From the human T2T-CHM13v2.0 reference genome, Homo sapiens: a stretch of 64,000 nucleotides of DNA. Location of the stretch: NCBI RefSeq assembly GCF_009914755.1, contig NC_060927.1; one strand, given 5' to 3'. Positions 62,150 to 64,000 of the stretch are shown in pieces. Both the position numbers and the translations under genes were made by a program. Positions within the stretch are counted from its first letter, which is position 1, and every line of letters begins with the position of its first letter. The notes beneath the pieces are model-generated. The model worked only from the letters and a program-made list of their open reading frames with translations, had not been told where the DNA came from and made no database searches.

Positions 62150-63500
62150 ATTTGAAACATTCCTCAGTTACCAGGTCATAATGTGTTTGTGGTAAATTTT
62201 TACTGTCTTGTGACAAAGTTTCAATAGTTTACTCAAACCCAAAATACAACAGAAATAGAGAATCTTTCTTTTATTGTATCATTCACCAAAAGTGTCTCTG
62301 ATTCAAACTTAGTAAATCTACTTTATCTTTGTATAAAACAAAGATATATACTTTGTCATAGATATATGCTATGCTTTCACAGATATATGCTATGACATGA
62401 TGGAAGAAATAATTCTGCTTATGGACCTTTTGGGGAGCTTGTGCCTTTCAAGGTCTGCATTTTACAAAATATATGGAAGAGTTTGAAGTTGGCAATTTAT
62501 TTTAATGTGGTCATAAAGCTAGATTGTAGAACATTGCTGAAGTTTCACATTGAGCAGATTCCATAGACCAAGACCTTTTTGGAATTAAAGGACAGTTTGA
62601 GACTCAACTTGCTGACTTGTTCTGGCTCAAAAACTATACCTCTTTACTGATAAAACTACAATTTTTACTGAACAAAGTAAACCTGAAGGCAGAACACTAT
62701 TCTCAATCTGCAAAGAAGTAAGGGTGTTCAGATTCCAAATGAATCTATAAAGCAAATATCAATTTTTATTCTTCACTGGTAAAAAACTCTAAGCTCAATG
62801 GAATTACACTTACGTAAGGATTGCAGAGTGTATTACTGAGGGTTCTCCAGAGGGACAGAACTAATTGAATATATGTTTATATTGAAAGGAGTTTATTAAG
62901 GAGAAGTGACTCACATGATCACAAGGTGAAGTCCCATGATAGGCCATCTGCAAACTGAAGAGGTAGGAAGCCGTTAGTGGCTCAGTGCAAAAGCCTTAAA
63001 AGTGGGAAAACTTGACAATGCAGCCTTCGGTCTGTGGCCAAATTCCTGAGATCCCTGGGCAGACCACTGGTGTAAGTCCAAAAGTCCAAAGGCCGAAGAA
63101 CCTGGAGTCTGATGTCCAAAGTAAGGAAGTATCCAGCATGGGAGAAAAATCAAAGCCAGCAGACTCAGCAAGTCAACTTATCCCTTCTTCTGCCTGCTTT
63201 GTTCTAGCCGGGTTGTAGCTGATTGGATGGTGCTGACCCACATTGACGATGGGTCTTCCTCTTGCAGTCCACCAACTCAAATGTTCATCTTCTCTGGCAA
63301 CACCCTCACAGACACACCCAGAAACAATACTTTACCAGCTATCTAGGCATCCTTCAATCTAATCAAGTTGACACTTAATATTAACCATTGCACAGAACTA
63401 CTTACAGGAAATGAAACCACAAATTTACAAGTAAAAGTGTGTAAACAAATACAGTTATGGCTGCCTTTGGAGTGCAAGCTTCAGGATGTTTCTGAAATAT
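62150..63500 (+). mobile_element. Degraded hAT-Charlie transposase fragment, split by an MLT2A LTR
   Basis: 62272-62289 encodes YCIIHQ, matching the hAT CxxH motif (HCIIHQ); the rest is AT-rich and decayed; boundaries uncertain. Confidence 0.5.
62829..63392 (-). mobile_element. MLT2A (MLT2A2-like, HERV-L) solo LTR
   Basis: 'tgtattactgagggttctccagagggacagaactaat' through 'aatcaagttgacacttaatattaaccattgca'; 5-bp TSD cagag/cagaa. Confidence 0.9.
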
Positions 63501-64000
63501 GTCTTGGCTTTGCAGTTAGCACTTACAACTAATATATTATATATATTTTGCTTATTTATTTTGTTTATTACTATTTTCCATTTTAACATTAGCTCAATGA
63601 TTTTCATCTGGTTTTTAAAAATTCTATCTTCTCAGTACCAGATAATACCTAGCTTCCAGTAGGCATTCAATATGTATTTACTGACTGAATAATTCAATAG
63701 ACAAATGAGATTGGAAGGTGTTTGAACTGAGACTGAGGTATCCACAACAGAAAGGCATATTATCTGTTGTTCTTTGGATGTGAGTATTGTGAGCTTTAAA
63801 GTTGTAATTCTACTAGATTCTGTGGAAGAACATTTTCTTTCACAAAATGAACTGAAGGTGAGAGTCACCATTAGTTGTGAAAATTTTGAGTTAGAATTGA
63901 TGTATCTTAGTTGGAAGAAAAAAAAAAAACCTGGAAAGAAATAGACCAACATTGACAGTAAAATGGATTGTGTGATTTTTTTATGCTCCTTCTTACTTTT

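Noticed and set aside
62360-62394. 14-bp direct repeat agatatatgctatg
   Set aside because: A simple local slippage duplication in decayed repeat DNA.

Overview
This is primate genomic DNA, most likely human or another great ape, since it carries AluJ/S/Y elements and an L1PA2-type LINE-1 5' UTR. It looks intronic or intergenic and is dominated by interspersed repeats: about 25 Alus, several LINE-1s, L2/MIR relics, MaLR/ERVL/ERV1 solo LTRs, and hAT and Tigger DNA transposons. I found no intact host protein-coding gene, RNA gene or CRISPR array. The long ORFs in the track are broken L1 ORF1/ORF2 and Tigger7 transposase pieces, and the short ones are Alu-derived or chance ORFs. I cannot support a new biological system. 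The most notable structures are five. (1) A full-length-looking minus-strand L1 (about 42.1-48.1 kb) is an in-register chimera of a young L1PA2-type 5' part and an older L1PA7-type 3' part, with no matching TSD, so it is a candidate L1-L1 recombination deletion scar. (2) In that L1's antisense ORF0, one substitution both stops ORF0 and turns splice donor 2 into a consensus CAG|GTGAGT. (3) A nearly full-length Tigger7 has a MER65 LTR inserted inside its 3' terminal inverted repeat. (4) A headless, tailless Alu fragment is flanked by a diverged ~100-bp direct duplication. (5) A unique, CpG-enriched segment near 23.6-24.4 kb has strong splice donors and may be a promoter or first exon. Subfamily names come from my recollection of consensus sequences, not from a search, and boundaries of old repeats are approximate.
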